Shown here: piece after piece, positions 28,115 to 38,763 of the stretch
How positions within the stretch are numbered: position 1 is the first letter of the stretch
Layout of the letters: each line of letters opens with the position of its first letter
Assembly (NCBI GenBank): GCA_049688395.1
Contig: JBAVKQ010000093.1
Coordinates: 2,775-66,774 of the forward strand
Length of the DNA: 64,000 nucleotides
Reading direction: 5' to 3'
Source: Candidatus Nanopelagicales bacterium
GTDB taxonomy: Bacteria > Actinomycetota > Actinomycetes > S36-B12 > CAIYMF01
Translations under genes and position numbers: made by a program
The notes under the pieces: model-generated
What the model saw: the letters and a program-made list of their open reading frames with translations, nothing else
The model's database searches: none
Told to the model about the DNA's origin: nothing

Positions 28115-28975
28115 ATGCCCACCCTGCATACCGCCCGCGGTGACTTCGAGGCGATCATCGACGGCCCGGCGCACGGGCCGGTGGTGATCCTGCTGCACGG
28201 CTTCCCCGAGCTCAACATCTCGTGGCGCCACCAGATCCCGGCCCTGGTCGCAGCCGGCTACCGGGTGATCGCGCCAAACCAGCGCGGGTACGCCGGCTCC
28301 GTGCGCGCAGGGTCGTATGCGACCGGGGATCTGGCCGCCGATGTCATCGCCATGCTCGATGCCGCCGGGGCCCAGCAGGCGGTCGTCGTCGGCCACGACT
28401 GGGGCGGTGCAGTGGCTTGGACCGTGGCCCACCTGTTCCCCGAGCGGGTCTGCGGCCTGGTGGCGATGAACTGCCCACCACCACGGGTACTGATGGCGCA
28501 CTTGACCCACAGCCCGGCGCAGATCCGCAAGTCCTGGTACATGTTCTTCTTCCAGCTGCCGTGGCTGCCCGAACGCTTCCTGGTCCGCACGATGCCCAAG
28601 ACCCTGGTGGCGGGTTCGTACAACCGCTCGGTGTGGAACCGCGAGACGCTGACCCCGTACGCGGAGGCATTCGCCACCGAGGCCGACGCCCGCGGCCCGG
28701 TCAACTGGTACCGGGGCGCGTTCCGCTCCGGGCTGCGCACGGCGCGCCGGCACCTGCGTCCGATCAGCGCACCGGTGCTGATCATCTGGGGCGTCCAGGA
28801 CCGGTTCCTCGGTGCGGAGATGATCAGCGCCCAGGCCCTGCGCGGGTCGATCGCATTCCCCAACGAGGCACAGGTCGTCCGGATCGAGTCCGCCGGGCAC
28901 TTCGTGCAGAACGAGGCCCCCGACGAGGTCACGGCAGCCCTGCTGGGCTGGTTGACCGAGAATGCTCCCTTCTGA
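28115..28975 (+). CDS. Alpha/beta hydrolase (epoxide-hydrolase-like)
   Basis: LLHGFPE..SWRHQ, nucleophile elbow GHDWGG, and a C-terminal GHFVQ. Confidence 0.8.
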   Translation: MPTLHTARGDFEAIIDGPAHGPVVILLHGFPELNISWRHQIPALVAAGYRVIAPNQRGYAGSVRAGSYATGDLAADVIAMLDAAGAQQAVVVGHDWGGAVAWTVAHLFPERVCGLVAMNCPPPRVLMAHLTHSPAQIRKSWYMFFFQLPWLPERFLVRTMPKTLVAGSYNRSVWNRETLTPYAEAFATEADARGPVNWYRGAFRSGLRTARRHLRPISAPVLIIWGVQDRFLGAEMISAQALRGSIAFPNEAQVVRIESAGHFVQNEAPDEVTAALLGWLTENAPF

Positions 28976-29094
28976 CCAGCCGTCGCGGCAGCGCGCACTT
29001 GCGGACTGGCGTTGTTGGGAATACTTTGCAGGAGTACTGGGCCGAGCACCCGGTGTGTCGGGACTCAGTCCGAACCTGATCGAGGAGCATCGCC

Positions 29095-29787
29095 ATGCAC
29101 ATGCCCGACGGATTCGTCTCGGCACCCCTGTCCGCGGCTGTCGGGGTCGTTGCCATCGCGGGGATCGGGATCGCGCTCAAGGGCGCCTCCAAGGAACTCG
29201 ACGACCGCACCGCACCGATGGCCGGCCTGGTCGCGGTGTTCGTGTTCGCCGCGCAGATGCTCAACTTCCCGGTGGCGGCCGGGACCAGCGGGCACCTGCT
29301 CGGAGGAGCACTGGCCGCGATCCTGATCGGGCCCTATACCGGGGTGCTGGCGGTATCGATCGTCCTGATGGTCCAGGCGCTGCTGTTCGCCGACGGCGGG
29401 TTGACCGCCCTGGGTCTGAACATCGTGAACATGGCGTTCGTGACCGTGCTCGTGGCCTGGCCGACGTTCCGGCTGCTGGCTCGGGTGCTGCCCAAGACCC
29501 GACGCAGTTGGACCGTCGCGGCCTTCATCGCCGCGTTCCTCTCGGTGCCGGCCTCAGCTGCGGCCTTCACCCTCGAGTACGCGATCGCCGGAGCGGGAAC
29601 GTACTCGGTGAGCACGGTACTGGCAGCCATGGTCAGCACCCACGTGCTGATCGGCATCGGCGAGGGCCTGATCACGGCGCTGACCGTCGGAGCAGTCCTC
29701 GCCGCACGGCCGGACCTGGTCCGCGGGGTCCGTGACCTGCTGCCCAAGCCCGAACTTCGTCCCGCGGTGGAGGTGGCCTCCAGATGA
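29095..29787 (+). CDS. cbiM: ECF-type cobalt/nickel transporter substrate component CbiM
   Basis: N-terminal MHMPDGF metal-binding start, GTSGHLLGG, and seven TM helices. Confidence 0.9.
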   Translation: MHMPDGFVSAPLSAAVGVVAIAGIGIALKGASKELDDRTAPMAGLVAVFVFAAQMLNFPVAAGTSGHLLGGALAAILIGPYTGVLAVSIVLMVQALLFADGGLTALGLNIVNMAFVTVLVAWPTFRLLARVLPKTRRSWTVAAFIAAFLSVPASAAAFTLEYAIAGAGTYSVSTVLAAMVSTHVLIGIGEGLITALTVGAVLAARPDLVRGVRDLLPKPELRPAVEVASR

Positions 29788-30146
29788 CGAGCGCGAGCAG
29801 CAGGCGCGGCCTGTGGATCGTCGTCGGGGCTGGGCTCGTGATCAGCCTGTTCCTGGCCGGCATCGTCAGCTTCTACGCCAGCAGTTCCCCCGACGGGCTG
29901 GAGAAGGTGGCCGAGGATGTCGGCTTCATCGATGCCGCGCAGGACTCCGCGGTCGCCGGGTCGCCGTTGTCCGACTACGGCGTGGCGGGGGTGTCCGATG
30001 AGCGGCTCAGTGTCGGACTGGCCGGTGTGGTGGGCCTGATCGCCACCGGGGTGCTGGCCTTCGGGCTGTTCGTGTGGCTGGGGCGGCGCAACCGCAACGC
30101 AGCCGCTGAGCCCACGGCGGACGCCGTCCCCGCGTCCGGCGGCTGA
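29784..30146 (+). CDS. PDGLE-domain membrane protein (CbiN-position accessory component)
   Basis: Overlaps the cbiM stop. Two TM helices flank the motif SSSPDGLEKVAED. Confidence 0.75.
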   Translation: MTSASSRRGLWIVVGAGLVISLFLAGIVSFYASSSPDGLEKVAEDVGFIDAAQDSAVAGSPLSDYGVAGVSDERLSVGLAGVVGLIATGVLAFGLFVWLGRRNRNAAAEPTADAVPASGG

Positions 30147-30928
30147 TGGGCGCCGGCCACCAGCACGGCCACGACGTCGGCGAGGCCCTGTACGTTCACC
30201 GGCACACGACCATCCACCTGCTGGCGCCCGAGGTGAAGATCGTCGCACTGGTGCTGTTCATGTTCGTCGTGGTCGCCACACCCGCCGAGCAGTTCTGGGC
30301 GTTCGGTCTGTACGCGGCCATGCTGATCGGGATCGCGGCGATCGCTGGGCTCAACGCCCGCATCGTGGCGCCGCGGATGCTGGTGGAGATCCCGTTCGTG
30401 CTGTTCGCGGTGCTGATGCCGTTCTTCGGCCCGGACCCCAGCGTCCGCGTGCTCGGGGTCTGGCTGTCGGTGGCCGGGCTGTGGGCGGCGTGGGGGATCC
30501 TGGCCAAGGCCACCCTGGGCGTCCTGGCCGCGGTCATCCTGGCCGCGAGCACCCGATCCCGCGACATCATCGCCGGCCTGGCGGCCCTGCGCCTGCCCGC
30601 GGTGATGGTGTCGATCACGATGTTCATGCTGCGCTACATGCACGTCGTCGCCGACGAGATGCACCGGATGGGCGTGGCGCGTGAGTCCCGCGGTTTCCAG
30701 GCCACCGGCGTGCGTTCGTGGCCGGTCCTCGGGCAGTCGGCCGGGGCCCTGTTCATCCGCTCCTACGAGCGGGGCGAACGGGTGCACCTGGCCATGCTCA
30801 GCCGTGGCTACACCGGCACGATGCCGGTGCTCGATGCGCCCGTGACGAGCCGCTCGCAGTGGCTGCTGGGCCTGACCCTGCCCGGACTCGCCCTGATCGT
30901 CTGCCTGATCGCATGGGCGACCCGATGA
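30146..30928 (+). CDS. cbiQ: ECF transporter T component CbiQ
   Basis: Membrane protein with ARESRGF and RSYERGERVHLAMLSRGY motifs. Confidence 0.85.
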   Translation: MGAGHQHGHDVGEALYVHRHTTIHLLAPEVKIVALVLFMFVVVATPAEQFWAFGLYAAMLIGIAAIAGLNARIVAPRMLVEIPFVLFAVLMPFFGPDPSVRVLGVWLSVAGLWAAWGILAKATLGVLAAVILAASTRSRDIIAGLAALRLPAVMVSITMFMLRYMHVVADEMHRMGVARESRGFQATGVRSWPVLGQSAGALFIRSYERGERVHLAMLSRGYTGTMPVLDAPVTSRSQWLLGLTLPGLALIVCLIAWATR

Positions 30929-30956
30929 ATTGTCACCTGACTGCGTGGCCGACCCG

Positions 30957-31784
<828 letters not shown>

Positions 31785-31993
31785 TCGGCGGGCGTCGGGC
31801 GCAGACGGGCTGCTTCGCGGCGTTGCCGTGGTACCTTTGGGTGCGCTGCAAAGCAGGGTTCGCCGTGATTGGGGACGCCCGCGGGATTGTCCGTCGGGCG
31901 TCATCTGTTGAGGGGAGCGATGCCGCAGCCCAGGGATCGGCACACGCGTTGGCCCTGCACACATGAAAGAGCAATCGCAAAGGATCAAGAAAC

Positions 31994-32197
31994 ATGGCAC
32001 AAGGTACGGTCAAGTGGTTCAACGCCGAGAAGGGCTTCGGCTTCATCGCTCAGGACGGCGGCGGCCCGGACGTCTTCGTCCACTTCTCGGCCATCGCGGC
32101 CGACGGCTACCGTTCGCTCGATGAGAACCAGCGCGTCGAGTTCGACATCACGCAGGGCCAGAAGGGCCCGCAGGCGGAGAACGTGCGCGCCGTCTGA
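31994..32197 (+). CDS. cspA: Cold-shock protein (CspA family)
   Basis: [18 protein letters not shown]...VFVHFSAI (RNP1/RNP2 motifs). Confidence 0.97.
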   Translation: MAQGTVKWFNAEKGFGFIAQDGGGPDVFVHFSAIAADGYRSLDENQRVEFDITQGQKGPQAENVRAV

Positions 32198-32214
32198 CGC
32201 TGCACAGTCTTCGA

Positions 32215-32246
32215 GGAGGCCTCCACCGTTCGCGGTGGAGGCCTCC
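32215..32246 (+). terminator. Strong hairpin terminator after cspA
   Basis: ggaggcctccaccg-ttcg-cggtggaggcctcc forms a perfect 14-bp stem, followed by ttcgtcatt. Confidence 0.8.
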
Positions 32247-32301
32247 TTCGTCATTGCGGTGTGGGCCAACGCCCGGAATCGGGTAATCTGCGCCCAGACC
32301 C

Positions 32302-33843
32302 ATGACGAATCCCCACCAGACCGACGCCGCCGCACCGGAGGCGTCGCAGCGCGGATGGCTCAGCCTCCTGCTGCGCAGTGCGGGGATCCTGGGCATGGCC
32401 CTGACGGGTCTGCTGGCCGCGCTGGCCCTGACACCCGCGGCGTCGGTGACTGTGTTCGGCCAGCAGGTCGAGGTCGGCGCAGTCGCGCCCAGTTCGCTGC
32501 AGGGCTGGGCAGGCCCCGGTCAGGCGGAACTGTTCGGTGCCGGGGCGGTCGAGACGATCCAGACCTTCGAGGGCCCGATCCGGCCACGGATCGTGTGGCA
32601 GGAGTTCAATCGCGACGCCGCTGCGAGCGCCTTCCTGCAGCCCAACGCCGATGACGGCAGGCGCGTCATCAGCACCGACACCAGCGCGATCGGCGAGGCG
32701 CTGGCCCGTGGGTGGATCCAGTTCTTCCTCGACCTCGTGCTGGCCTCGATCCTGTTCGCCGCGTTGGCCTACCTGGTCGTGATCGCGGCGGAGGGCATCG
32801 TGCGTGGCCCCCGCGCGACGCATCCACGCGCACGCCATCGGATCTGGCCGCTGGCAGCCACCTGCGTGGTCGCCGCGGTGCTCACCACTGCCTCGGCAGC
32901 CCTGACGGTCTCCTCGGCACGCGACCAGCTCGCTGGAGTCGCCAGCCTGGCCGACCTCACCGGATCGGCTCCACTGGTCCCGGCCCCGAGCGCCGCCGGG
33001 CCGCCGCGTGCCGACGTGGAGATCGCGGTCATCGGCGACTCGACGGCCGCCGGGGTCGGCAATGATCCGATGCGCGATCCCACCGACGCCGATATCGCGT
33101 GCCAGCGGTCGCAGGACGCCTACGCCGAGGTACTTCAGGCGGCGACAGGTCGCACGGTGGAGAACCTCGGCTGCGCGTCGGCGACCATCTCCGACGGGCT
33201 GCTCACCGCGCAGAGCGGGCGTCGCCCGGTCACCCCGCCACCGCAGGTCGGGGTGCTCAAGACCCTGACATCACTGCGGATGGTGATCGTGAGCATCGGT
33301 GCCAACGACATCGGCTGGGCCGACTTCCTGAAGTACTGCTACGGGCTGCCCCGCTGCGACGACCAGGTCAGTCAGAGCCTGATCCGCAGCCGGCTGGACA
33401 CCTTCGGCCTGCAGTACGCACAGCTGCTCCAGCAGCTCAGCACCCTGCCGACCCAGCCCACGGTGATCGTCACCGGATACTACGATCCGTTCGGCGACGA
33501 GTTCGGCTGCTCGGCGTTGGCCGATCCGCTGGCGCCGGTACCGCCCGCACCCGGGTACGGGTTCGGCCCGGACCCGGGTGAAGACGATCCCGCCGCGAAG
33601 GTTGCCACGAAGATCGACCCGATGCGCTCGGTGCTCGCCCAGCTCAACCTCGTCCTCGAACTGGGTGCGGACGCGTTCGGCTTCAGCCGCGTGCAGCCCA
33701 CCTTCGAGGGTCACACCCTGTGCAGCACCCAGCCCTGGGTTCAGGGCCTGTCCGATCCGCACCCCTTCCACCCGAACGCCGCCGGGGAGTTGGCCATCGC
33801 CGCGACCCTGTTGCCGCAGGTCGTCTCGGTCCTGCCGAGCTGA
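32302..33843 (+). CDS. Membrane-anchored SGNH/GDSL hydrolase
   Basis: N-terminal TM segments, then IAVIGDSTAAGVGN (block I) and SIGANDIGW (block III). A C-terminal HPN may correspond to the catalytic His. Confidence 0.7.
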   Translation: MTNPHQTDAAAPEASQRGWLSLLLRSAGILGMALTGLLAALALTPAASVTVFGQQVEVGAVAPSSLQGWAGPGQAELFGAGAVETIQTFEGPIRPRIVWQEFNRDAAASAFLQPNADDGRRVISTDTSAIGEALARGWIQFFLDLVLASILFAALAYLVVIAAEGIVRGPRATHPRARHRIWPLAATCVVAAVLTTASAALTVSSARDQLAGVASLADLTGSAPLVPAPSAAGPPRADVEIAVIGDSTAAGVGNDPMRDPTDADIACQRSQDAYAEVLQAATGRTVENLGCASATISDGLLTAQSGRRPVTPPPQVGVLKTLTSLRMVIVSIGANDIGWADFLKYCYGLPRCDDQVSQSLIRSRLDTFGLQYAQLLQQLSTLPTQPTVIVTGYYDPFGDEFGCSALADPLAPVPPAPGYGFGPDPGEDDPAAKVATKIDPMRSVLAQLNLVLELGADAFGFSRVQPTFEGHTLCSTQPWVQGLSDPHPFHPNAAGELAIAATLLPQVVSVLPS

Positions 33844-33853
33844 GCTGACCCTG

Positions 33854-33883
33854 CGCCTCGGACCGACGCCGATGTCCGAGGCG
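33854..33883. terminator. Hairpin between convergent genes
   Basis: cgcctcggac (33854-33863) pairs with gtccgaggcg (33874-33883), giving a 10-bp stem and a 10-nt loop. Confidence 0.55.
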
Positions 33884-33898
33884 GGCAGCCGCCACTGC

Positions 33899-34708
33899 TC
33901 AGGCGAGCCCGGACACCCGGCGCTCCACGGCGACGGCCAGCCGCGACAGGGTGAGGTTGACGATCAGGTAGATGGCGATGACCACCACGAACAGCGGGAA
34001 CCGGTAGCGATCACCGAAGAAGCTGTAGTTGAGCTGCATGGTGCGCAGCAGTTCGGGGTAGCCCACGATGAAGCCCAGCGAGGAGTCCTTGAGCAGCACC
34101 ACGAACTGGCTTATCAGGCTGGGCAGCATCAGGCGAATCACCTGCGGGAACTGGATGATGCGCAGGGTCTGCCACCGGGACAGCCCGATCGCGGTCCCGG
34201 CCTCCACCTGGCCCTTGGGCAGGGCCGCCAGCCCCGCGCGCAGGATCTCGGCGAACACGGCGGCGTTGTAGAGCACCAGGCCGAACACGACCGCCGAGAA
34301 CGCCGAGAGGCCCAGGGCGAGCAGGCCGAAGAACATCATCAACAGCACGGGCATCCCGCGCAGGAACTCGATGAGCACCACGACCGGCCGGCCCAACCAG
34401 CGCGACCCGGAGGCACGCACCGTGGTCAACGCGAAGGCGATCACCAGCGCCACCGGGGCCGCCACAGCAGCTGCCTCGAGGGTGGCCCGCAGGCCGCGCA
34501 GCAGCGCGGTCCACACGTCGATGGCGTCCTGGCCCTTGGGCGGGTCGACGAAGATCAGCCAGCGATCGTCGAACAGCCCTCGGTCGATCATGCCCCGCAG
34601 CAGGTACAGCGCACCGGCCAGCAGCAGCACCCCGACCACGATCGACGCGATCCGCTCCCGGCGCAGGGTCTTGGGCCCGGGGACGTCGTACAGGACGCTG
34701 CGACTCAT
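33899..34708 (-). CDS. gluD: Amino-acid (glutamate-type) ABC transporter permease
   Basis: His/Glu/Gln/Arg-family permease (EILRAGLAALPKGQVEAGTAIGLS). Fourth gene in the gluABCD order. Confidence 0.8.
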   Translation of the reverse strand: MSRSVLYDVPGPKTLRRERIASIVVGVLLLAGALYLLRGMIDRGLFDDRWLIFVDPPKGQDAIDVWTALLRGLRATLEAAAVAAPVALVIAFALTTVRASGSRWLGRPVVVLIEFLRGMPVLLMMFFGLLALGLSAFSAVVFGLVLYNAAVFAEILRAGLAALPKGQVEAGTAIGLSRWQTLRIIQFPQVIRLMLPSLISQFVVLLKDSSLGFIVGYPELLRTMQLNYSFFGDRYRFPLFVVVIAIYLIVNLTLSRLAVAVERRVSGLA

Positions 34709-35355
34709 CGGACGAACGCCACCTTCCGCTCGACCTTGCCTGCGATCGCCCCGGCCGGAACCGTGATCAGCAGGTAGAAGGCGGCCACGCCGAGCAGCAT
34801 CCAGATCACGTCGGCGGGGTAGTCACGGGCCAGGCCTCGTCCGGTCGCAGTCAGTTCGACGACGGCGAACCCGGCGGCCACCGAGGTGTTCTTGGTCAGG
34901 GCGATGAGCACGTTGATCAGCGGGGGCACCACGGTGCGCATCGCTTGGGGCAGCACGATCAGGCGCATGACCCCGATGCTGCCCAGGCCGATCGCGCGGG
35001 CGGCCTCCGCCTGCCCGATCCCCACGGAGTTGATCCCGGAGCGGACCGCCTCGCACACGAAGGCCGACGTGTAGACGGTCAGGGCGATGATCGCCGGGAT
35101 CCGGCCCAGGGGCAGGATGATCCCGATCCCGGGCAGGATGAACACGAAGAACACGAACACCAGGGTCAGGGGAGTGTTGCGCCCGATCTCGACCAGCACC
35201 CCGGACACCGTCCGCAGCGAGCGCAGCGGCGAGACCCGGGCGGCGGCCAGGATGGTGCCCAGCACGATCGACAGGGCGCCGGAGATGACCGTGAGGTAGA
35301 GGGTCATCCAGAAGCCGGCGAGGTAGTCGGGCAGTGACTCGATGACCGCGGCCAC
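34705..35355 (-). CDS. gluC: Amino-acid (glutamate-type) ABC transporter permease
   Basis: GTG 35355 is preceded by aggagg. Motif: CEAVRSGINSVGIGQAEAARAIGL. Overlaps gluD by 4 nt. Confidence 0.8.
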   Translation of the reverse strand: MAAVIESLPDYLAGFWMTLYLTVISGALSIVLGTILAAARVSPLRSLRTVSGVLVEIGRNTPLTLVFVFFVFILPGIGIILPLGRIPAIIALTVYTSAFVCEAVRSGINSVGIGQAEAARAIGLGSIGVMRLIVLPQAMRTVVPPLINVLIALTKNTSVAAGFAVVELTATGRGLARDYPADVIWMLLGVAAFYLLITVPAGAIAGKVERKVAFVR

Positions 35356-35496
35356 GCGTCCTCCTGGTCTCCGATGGGCCTGTTCGAGCTGATGGGTCCC
35401 GGGTGCGGGTGATGCCCGGGGGAGCAGGGCGCCAGACCCTGCCTCCCGCGGGCACCACACCGCGTCGTCCAGCCATCGCGGCCGGACTCCGTTGGA

Positions 35497-36369
35497 TCAG
35501 TAGCGGTCGACCGTCGGAGGCTCGGGGGTCGGCAGCACCTCGCCGGCCGTGGCCGCCCACGCCGCCTCCCAGCGACCGTCGGTGAACGACGCCTCGAGGG
35601 TGTCGTTGATCCACGTGCGGAACGCGTCATCGCCCTTGGCCATGCCGATGCCGTAGGGCTCGACGGTGAACGGCTCGCCGGCGATCTTGAAGTCCTCCGG
35701 GCTCGCGGACACGTACCCGCCGAGGATCACGTTGTCGGTGGTCAGGGCGTCGACCTGCCCGTTGCGCAGCGGGTCCAGGCAGTCGGTGTAGGCCGCGAAC
35801 GCGACCAGCTTCGTGTCCGGGAAGTTGTCCTTGATGTTACCGGCCGGGGTGGAGCCGTCGACCGAGCAGACCGTCTTGCCGGCGAGGTCGGCCTCGCTGG
35901 TGATGGAGTCGTCGTCGATGCGGACCATCAGCGACTGACCGGCCTCGTAGTAGGGACCGGCGAAGTCCACGACCTTCTTGCGCTCGTCGTTGATCGTGTA
36001 GGTGGCCACGACCATGTCGACCCGGCCGTCCTGGATGAACGGCTCGCGGTTGGCCGAGACCGTCTCGGTCCACGTGATCCCGGATTCGGGGATGCCCAGC
36101 TCCGCGGCCAGCATCTTGGCGATCTCGACGTCGAAGCCGACCGGGACGCCGTCGGGGCCGACGAGGCCGAACAGCGGCTGGTCGAACTTGGTGCCGATCG
36201 TGATGGCCTGGGCGTCAGCCAGCTTGGCCATCGTCGTACCCGCCTCGAACGCCATGGGCGAGGGGGTCGTGGCGGCGCCGTCGTCGGCACTGTTGGAGCT
36301 GCAGGCGGACAGGGCCAGGATCGAGGCGGCTGCCAGAGCCGCCCATCGGGTGCGTCGGGTGTCCATCAT
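35497..36369 (-). CDS. gluB: Glutamate-type ABC transporter substrate-binding lipoprotein
   Basis: Lipobox LALSACSS. Family-3 SBP pattern (GTKFDQPLFG, GFDVEIAK, DMVVATYTIN). Confidence 0.8.
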   Translation of the reverse strand: MMDTRRTRWAALAAASILALSACSSNSADDGAATTPSPMAFEAGTTMAKLADAQAITIGTKFDQPLFGLVGPDGVPVGFDVEIAKMLAAELGIPESGITWTETVSANREPFIQDGRVDMVVATYTINDERKKVVDFAGPYYEAGQSLMVRIDDDSITSEADLAGKTVCSVDGSTPAGNIKDNFPDTKLVAFAAYTDCLDPLRNGQVDALTTDNVILGGYVSASPEDFKIAGEPFTVEPYGIGMAKGDDAFRTWINDTLEASFTDGRWEAAWAATAGEVLPTPEPPTVDRY

Positions 36370-36386
36370 GTGTTCCTCCTGGGTCG

Positions 36387-36414
36387 TCGGTCGGGGGTGG
36401 TCGGTCGGGGGTGG
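36387..36414. repeat. 14-nt tandem repeat (tcggtcgggggtgg x2) inside a GGTC-rich spacer
   Basis: Two exact adjacent copies, flanked by degenerate ggtcggt units across 36381..36440. It lies between the gluA stop and the gluB start. Confidence 0.8.
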
Positions 36415-36442
36415 TCGGTCGGTGTCGTCGGTCGGTGGGTCG

Positions 36443-37195
36443 TCAGTGGCTCAGGACCTTGGACAGGAAGTCCTTGGCCCGGTCGGTGCGCGGGTCGGTG
36501 AAGAACTGCTCCGGGGTCGCCTCCTCGACGATCGACCCCTCGGACATGAAGATGACCCGGTCGGCGGCCTTGCGTGCGAACCCCATCTCGTGGGTGACCA
36601 CCAGCATCGTCATGCCTTCGCGGGCCAGGGCCACCATCACGTCGAGGACCTCGTTGATCATCTCCGGGTCCAGCGCGGAGGTCGGCTCGTCGAAGAGCAT
36701 CACGATCGGATTCATGGCCAACGCGCGTGCGATGGCCACGCGCTGCTGCTGGCCACCGGACAGCTGTGCGGGCAGCTTCTCGGCCTGGTCGGCGACACCG
36801 ACGCGCTCCAGGAGCTTCATCGCCTCCTCGCGCGCGATGGCCGGCTTGACCCCGCGCACCTTGATCGGCCCGAGCGTGATGTTGTCCAGGATCGTCTTGT
36901 GCGCGAACAGGTTGAACGACTGGAAGACCATGCCCACGTCGGAGCGCAGCTTGGCCAGCGCTCGGCCCTCGGCCGGCAGCGGTTGACCGGCCAGGGAGAT
37001 GGTGCCCGAATCGATGGTCTCCAGGCGGTTGATCGCCCTGCAGAGCGTGGACTTGCCCGAGCCCGAGGGGCCGATGATCACCACGACCTCGCCGGCCTGC
37101 ACCGACATCGTGATGTCGCGCAGCACGTGCAGCTCACCGAAGTGCTTGTTGACCTGACTCAACTCGACCAGGGGAGTGCTCGTCGAGCTGCTCAC
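36443..37195 (-). CDS. gluA: Glutamate-type ABC transporter ATP-binding protein
   Basis: Walker [36 protein letters not shown]. The probable start is GTG 37195; the ORF is open to 37285. Confidence 0.88.
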   Translation of the reverse strand: MSSSTSTPLVELSQVNKHFGELHVLRDITMSVQAGEVVVIIGPSGSGKSTLCRAINRLETIDSGTISLAGQPLPAEGRALAKLRSDVGMVFQSFNLFAHKTILDNITLGPIKVRGVKPAIAREEAMKLLERVGVADQAEKLPAQLSGGQQQRVAIARALAMNPIVMLFDEPTSALDPEMINEVLDVMVALAREGMTMLVVTHEMGFARKAADRVIFMSEGSIVEEATPEQFFTDPRTDRAKDFLSKVLSH

Positions 37196-37373
37196 GTCCA
37201 ACCGCTCCCGCCCGGGACAGGCGATCCGTTCCGCTGTCCGCATCCGCCTCGTTGTGACCGTGGCCTCAACGTCCCAGAGGATCACAGTCGAGTCAACAGG
37301 GGGCCAACGACCGGCTCGTAACTATTCGGTGACGATCGACGTCCGTGGTTGTGCTCGCGAGGACTGCGCCCGG

Positions 37374-38429
37374 TCAGGGATGCACGAGGATCTTGACCGC
37401 TGTCTCGTTGCGATGGATCAACGTGTCGAAGCCGTCGGCCACCAGGCGGTCCAGCGGGAGCTTCGCCGTGATGAAGGGCGCCAGGTCGACCCGTCCCTGC
37501 CGCACGAGCTCGATGGAGGCCGGGTGGTCGTTGGCGTAGGCGATCGTGCCGCGCAGGTCGATCTCCTTGAGCACGACAGCCTGCATGTCGATCGTCGCGC
37601 GTGTGCCCCAGATCGACACGTTGACCACCACCCCGCCCGGCTTCACCGAGACGAGCAGCTGGTCGAGCACCGCGTTGACGCTGGAGCACTCGAAGCAGAC
37701 GTCGGCGCCGATCCCATTCGTGAGTTCCAGGACGCGGGCGGTGATGTCGTCCTGGCTCGGGTCCAACACGTGGTCGGCGACCTCGGTCGAGAGCGCCTTG
37801 GCCTTCCGCGCTTGGCTCAACTCCGAGATGATCACCGTGAGGCCCTCGGCCTTCAGGACCGCGGCAAGCAGCAGACCGATGGGGCCCGCGCCTCCCACGA
37901 ACGCGACGTCACCGGCTTTCGCGCCGCTGCGCACGAACGCGTGGTGCCCGACCGCGAGTGGCTCGATCAGGGCGGCCTCGTCCAGGGGGATGTCGCCGAC
38001 CGGATGCACCCATCGCCGGTCGACGACGATCTTCTCGCTCAACCCGCCCCCACCACCGGCCAGGCCGATGAACCCCATCTTCGTGCAGAGGTTGTACCGG
38101 CCGGTCGTGCACGATGTGCATTGACCGCACACGATGTAGGGCTCGACCACGACGTGCTCGCCCACGGTGAGGTCCGTGACGCCCTCGCCGAGGGCGGAGA
38201 TCGTCCCGGAGAATTCGTGACCCATGGTGACCGGCGCCTGCTCGTGGGTCAGGGGGTGCGGGTGCCCCGGCGCGGGGATGAAGATCGGCCCTTCGAGGAA
38301 CTCGTGCAGGTCGGTGCCGCAGATCCCGCACCAGGCGATGTCGATCAGCACCGCTCCCGGGCGCAGCTCCGGCACGGGGATGTCCTGGATCTGGATGTCC
38401 TGCGGTCCGTGGAACCGTGCTGCCTTCAT
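37374..38429 (-). CDS. Zinc-dependent 2,3-butanediol/sorbitol-type dehydrogenase (MDR)
   Basis: CGICGTDLHE, GHEFSG, and structural-zinc cysteines CGQCTSCTTGRYNLC. Confidence 0.85.
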   Translation of the reverse strand: MKAARFHGPQDIQIQDIPVPELRPGAVLIDIAWCGICGTDLHEFLEGPIFIPAPGHPHPLTHEQAPVTMGHEFSGTISALGEGVTDLTVGEHVVVEPYIVCGQCTSCTTGRYNLCTKMGFIGLAGGGGGLSEKIVVDRRWVHPVGDIPLDEAALIEPLAVGHHAFVRSGAKAGDVAFVGGAGPIGLLLAAVLKAEGLTVIISELSQARKAKALSTEVADHVLDPSQDDITARVLELTNGIGADVCFECSSVNAVLDQLLVSVKPGGVVVNVSIWGTRATIDMQAVVLKEIDLRGTIAYANDHPASIELVRQGRVDLAPFITAKLPLDRLVADGFDTLIHRNETAVKILVHP

Positions 38430-38593
38430 CGCGGCCTTCTCTCGGACTGTGATCGCCAGCGGGGCCGCACGAACAGGCCCAGCGGCTTCGGGTCGTGTTG
38501 TCGAGGAAGCTCGCCCGCCTCGTCATCGGTGCGTGTCCATGCAAGTTGGCATCGCCGCGCCTGACCGAAGCGAATTCGGGCCCGTCTCGGCCC

Positions 38594-38763
38594 GAATCGC
38601 CGAGTTGTGGTGGGAAGCGGCCCCGGCCGGCGCCCCGCAACCGCGAAGCGCCGAGTTGTGGTTGCACCCGCCCGATGCTGTTGCGGTCTTTCGACCACGC
38701 GGAGCGCGAACCAGCAGCGCCAGGCTGGCCACGACCAGCCTTTCGACCACAAGTCGGCGAACC
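38594..38763 (-). repeat. Composite four-box intergenic repeat, copy B (inverted relative to copy A)
   Basis: The reverse complement aligns box by box with 21845..22014. It lies in a 553-nt gap with no credible CDS. Confidence 0.85.

Noticed and set aside
28976-29094. Possible cobalamin or NiCo riboswitch in the cbiM leader. agtccgaacctgatcg vaguely resembles the B12-box region.
   Set aside because: The leader is only ~119 nt. The conserved GCCACTG core and the GGGAA/GGTG elements are absent, and NiCo riboswitches control efflux genes. There is no convincing structure, so an Infernal scan is needed before any call.
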